A stretch of DNA of 64,000 bases from Laetmonice hystrix (taxonomy: Eukaryota), in the NCBI GenBank assembly GCA_965235115.1, contig OZ249436.1, positions 23,934,001 to 23,998,000 of the forward strand, given 5' to 3'. How positions within the stretch are numbered: the first letter of the stretch is position 1; every line of letters begins with the position of its first letter. Below are positions 63,835 through 64,000 of this stretch, piece by piece. The notes beneath the pieces are model-generated. The model saw nothing but the letters and a program-made list of their open reading frames with translations. It searched no databases and was not told the origin of the DNA. The position numbers were made by a program, and so were the translations under genes.

Positions 63835-63950
63835 ATTATCCCATTTCCCTTACAGGGAAATGGGATGTTGTTCTTGTGTGCGGTCGTCTTCTCTATTTTT
63901 TTATTATCCCATTTCCCTTACGGGGAAATGGGATGTTGTTCTTGTGCACT
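63835..63950 (+). mobile_element. Two stacked HINE heads
   Basis: TTATCCCATTTCCC-TTAC(A/G)-GGGAAATGGGATGTTGTTCTTGTG occurs twice, the second starting in the T/ATT tract of the first. Confidence 0.65.
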
Positions 63951-64000
63951 GAAAACTTTAGGTCGTCAAGAATTCGTCACATGCTTGTCAAAGTAACAAC

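Overview
Eukaryotic, almost certainly animal, DNA. The element families suggest a marine invertebrate, but the taxon is inference only. I can support no host gene; the window is a dense, deeply nested transposon graveyard. (1) 1-13095 is an array of non-autonomous Helentron/DINE-1-like elements (HINEs) with internal 146-bp satellite monomers; related copies lie at 13.7-14.3, 16.6-19.0, 21.9-22.5 and 60-64 kb. (2) There is a LINE 3' fragment, a hAT element with a 575-codon open transposase core, and an 81-bp minisatellite inside a CCCAG-ended element. (3) A Mag-type Gypsy relic on the minus strand is split by a 10.9-kb Harbinger-ended composite. That composite holds a DIRS1-type tyrosine-recombinase retrotransposon (gag, RT/RNase H, Dam-like domain, intact YR, ITR/ICR), a V-SINE and a 3.3-kb Academ-like fold-back. 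(4) Further on are a Ngaro-type YR relic with split direct repeats, a pogo-like derivative, an ISL2EU-like relic (transposase plus YqaJ), Kolobok-like elements and many MITEs. Three signals stand out. At least 31 TAGGCCTA octamers, plus TA-to-TA(GG/CC/GCC/GATC)TA micro-insertions visible between paralogous copies, fit mass Tc1/pogo-type excision footprints. The HINEs nest Russian-doll style into their own 5' (ATT)n tract. The DIRS sits between two copies of a palindromic 8-bp core (ATTATAAT) that is also at its circle junction.
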